64,000 nucleotides of DNA from an uncultured Bacilli bacterium (GTDB lineage Bacteria; Bacillota_I; Bacilli_A; RF39; UBA660), in contig CAKOLL010000002.1 in the NCBI GenBank assembly GCA_934096295.1, positions 136,966 to 200,965 on the forward strand. Direction: 5' to 3'. Position 1 is the stretch's first letter, and every line of letters starts with the position of its first letter. The translations under genes and the position numbers were made by a program. Shown here in pieces: positions 62,855 to 64,000 of this stretch. The notes under the pieces were generated by a model. It saw only the letters and a program-made list of their open reading frames with translations. It did not search any database and was not told where the DNA came from.

Positions 62855-63349
62855 TTATCGTCTTGGGCTACGATTATTTCCTTTTGCATTTTCTATATCA
62901 GCATCAATTGAACGAAGTTGTTCTTGTAATTTTGCCATTTGAGCCATTACTCTTTCTCTCTCTTGAATTTTTCTTGTTATAAATTGATCTGATAACTTAG
63001 TTTGTAATTCATCAAGTGATTTAAAAAAGTCTTCTTTAGTTAATATACCATATCTATCACAAACAAAAAGTTGCAATTTAGCATTATCCATAACAGTAGG
63101 TTTAGTTTTAAGAACTGGAGCAAAAGGATTTTTTTCTAACCCTTTTCCCAAATAATTCCAACCTTCATGTTTAACTTCTGATAAGCCACCACCTATACCA
63201 TCCATTTCTTCCATTGTTGTATAAGTACCATATACAATGTTATTATTAACTTCTTCTCTTAGACCGTTTTTTTCTAAAAAATCCCTTAAAAGATATCCTC
63301 TTAATTCAGCATCAATAGTTATTATTGAATTATTTTGAAAATTACTCAC
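62855..63349 (-). CDS. hypothetical protein (element cargo)
   Basis: 164-aa ORF with RBS ggaggtg; no motif. Confidence 0.4.
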   Translation of the reverse strand: MSNFQNNSIITIDAELRGYLLRDFLEKNGLREEVNNNIVYGTYTTMEEMDGIGGGLSEVKHEGWNYLGKGLEKNPFAPVLKTKPTVMDNAKLQLFVCDRYGILTKEDFFKSLDELQTKLSDQFITRKIQERERVMAQMAKLQEQLRSIDADIENAKGNNRSPRR

Positions 63350-63417
63350 ATTAACACCTCCTTGTTAATATAATTATAGCATATAAATAACACATTTTGG
63401 TTAATAATTAATATTAT

Positions 63418-63654
63418 TTATCTTCTTTTAAACATTTGATTTTCACAGCCTATTTTTAAAACACTTCTTAATTCCCATATTTTTTCATCAATACCAGGAA
63501 ATCTATCATCAATGGCTCTTTGTTCTAATAATTCCAAATTACTAGATAGTAATGAATCCAATTGGTGCATTTCTTCTTCTTCATTAGGGGTTAAATCACC
63601 AAAATAATGATGTCGATCTTTTAATTCTTTAAGGCGTTTAATGTCGTCATTCAT
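63418..63654 (-). CDS. hypothetical small protein (element cargo)
   Basis: 78-aa ORF with aggaggtt RBS. Confidence 0.35.
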   Translation of the reverse strand: MNDDIKRLKELKDRHHYFGDLTPNEEEEMHQLDSLLSSNLELLEQRAIDDRFPGIDEKIWELRSVLKIGCENQMFKRR

Positions 63655-63940
63655 AAATAACCTCCTTGTTATTAATTATTATACCATATTTTTGCGTAAA
63701 TTAAAAATTTTGATTAAAGGAATTGGCAACTTTATTATTAAAAAAATAAAAATTGTGATATAATTATATTAGTTAGTAGTTATTACTACCTATAAATTTA
63801 TGCCTAGTGGTTGTTATACTTCCACCAAAAGGGCACCATTGACGAATCTGTTCGAACTATTCGAACTTTGATATATAGAAATCAATCGAAATGATTGATT
63901 TTTTTCGTTTAGAAAAAAATCATAGGAAAGGTTGGTGTCT

Positions 63941-64000
63941 ATGATAAATATTATCAAAAAAGAAATTGATGTAGAAGAATCATTAAGAAAGAGATTAGAA
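63941..64000 (+). CDS. 5' end of an unidentified CDS running off the window
   Basis: ATG with upstream aaaggttggtg; only 20 codons visible. Confidence 0.2.
   Translation, partial: MINIIKKEIDVEESLRKRLE

Overview
This window is chromosomal DNA from a low-GC Firmicutes/Bacillota-type organism (GC roughly 27-30% by eye; polC plus dnaE, an S55 SpoIVB-like peptidase, class I LysRS). Most of it is densely packed plus-strand core genes: obg, ruvA and ruvB, the folD-glyA-thyA-folA-tmk-queA one-carbon/thymidylate block, ppdK, mutS, lon, murF, dnaE directly abutting polC, and two tRNAs. Several accessory patches are interspersed:
(1) 14-10519: an operon-like cluster of a PLP aminotransferase, an S51 peptidase, a divergent class-I LysRS paralog fused to a C-terminal calcineurin-like metallophosphoesterase, a canonical class-I LysRS with its own promoter, an XRE regulator, an AMP-forming ligase, and a hybrid histidine kinase plus Hpt-REC phosphorelay.
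(2) A three-member paralogous family of secreted proteins (11223, 17051, 49624). The 3' end of copy B is a ~150-bp GC-rich (~55%) recoded patch. Copy C is broken by a single TGA at a conserved Trp.
(3) An insertion between ruvA and ruvB carrying an orphan prepilin-type pilin, a decayed def paralog (in-frame TAA), a convergent GspE/PilB ATPase and a 590-bp hairpin-rich non-coding region with an orphan promoter-terminator pair.
(4) Two Rpn/YhgA-type PD-(D/E)xK nuclease paralogs with C-terminal tandem repeats.
(5) A putative thioester-domain/Cna-B adhesin.
(6) Downstream of tRNA(CAT)-tRNA-Leu, the start of an integrative mobilizable element: a large serine recombinase, a MobV relaxase, an att-like imperfect palindrome and a pMV158-type nick motif.
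All calls are from motif reading only; no searches were run.
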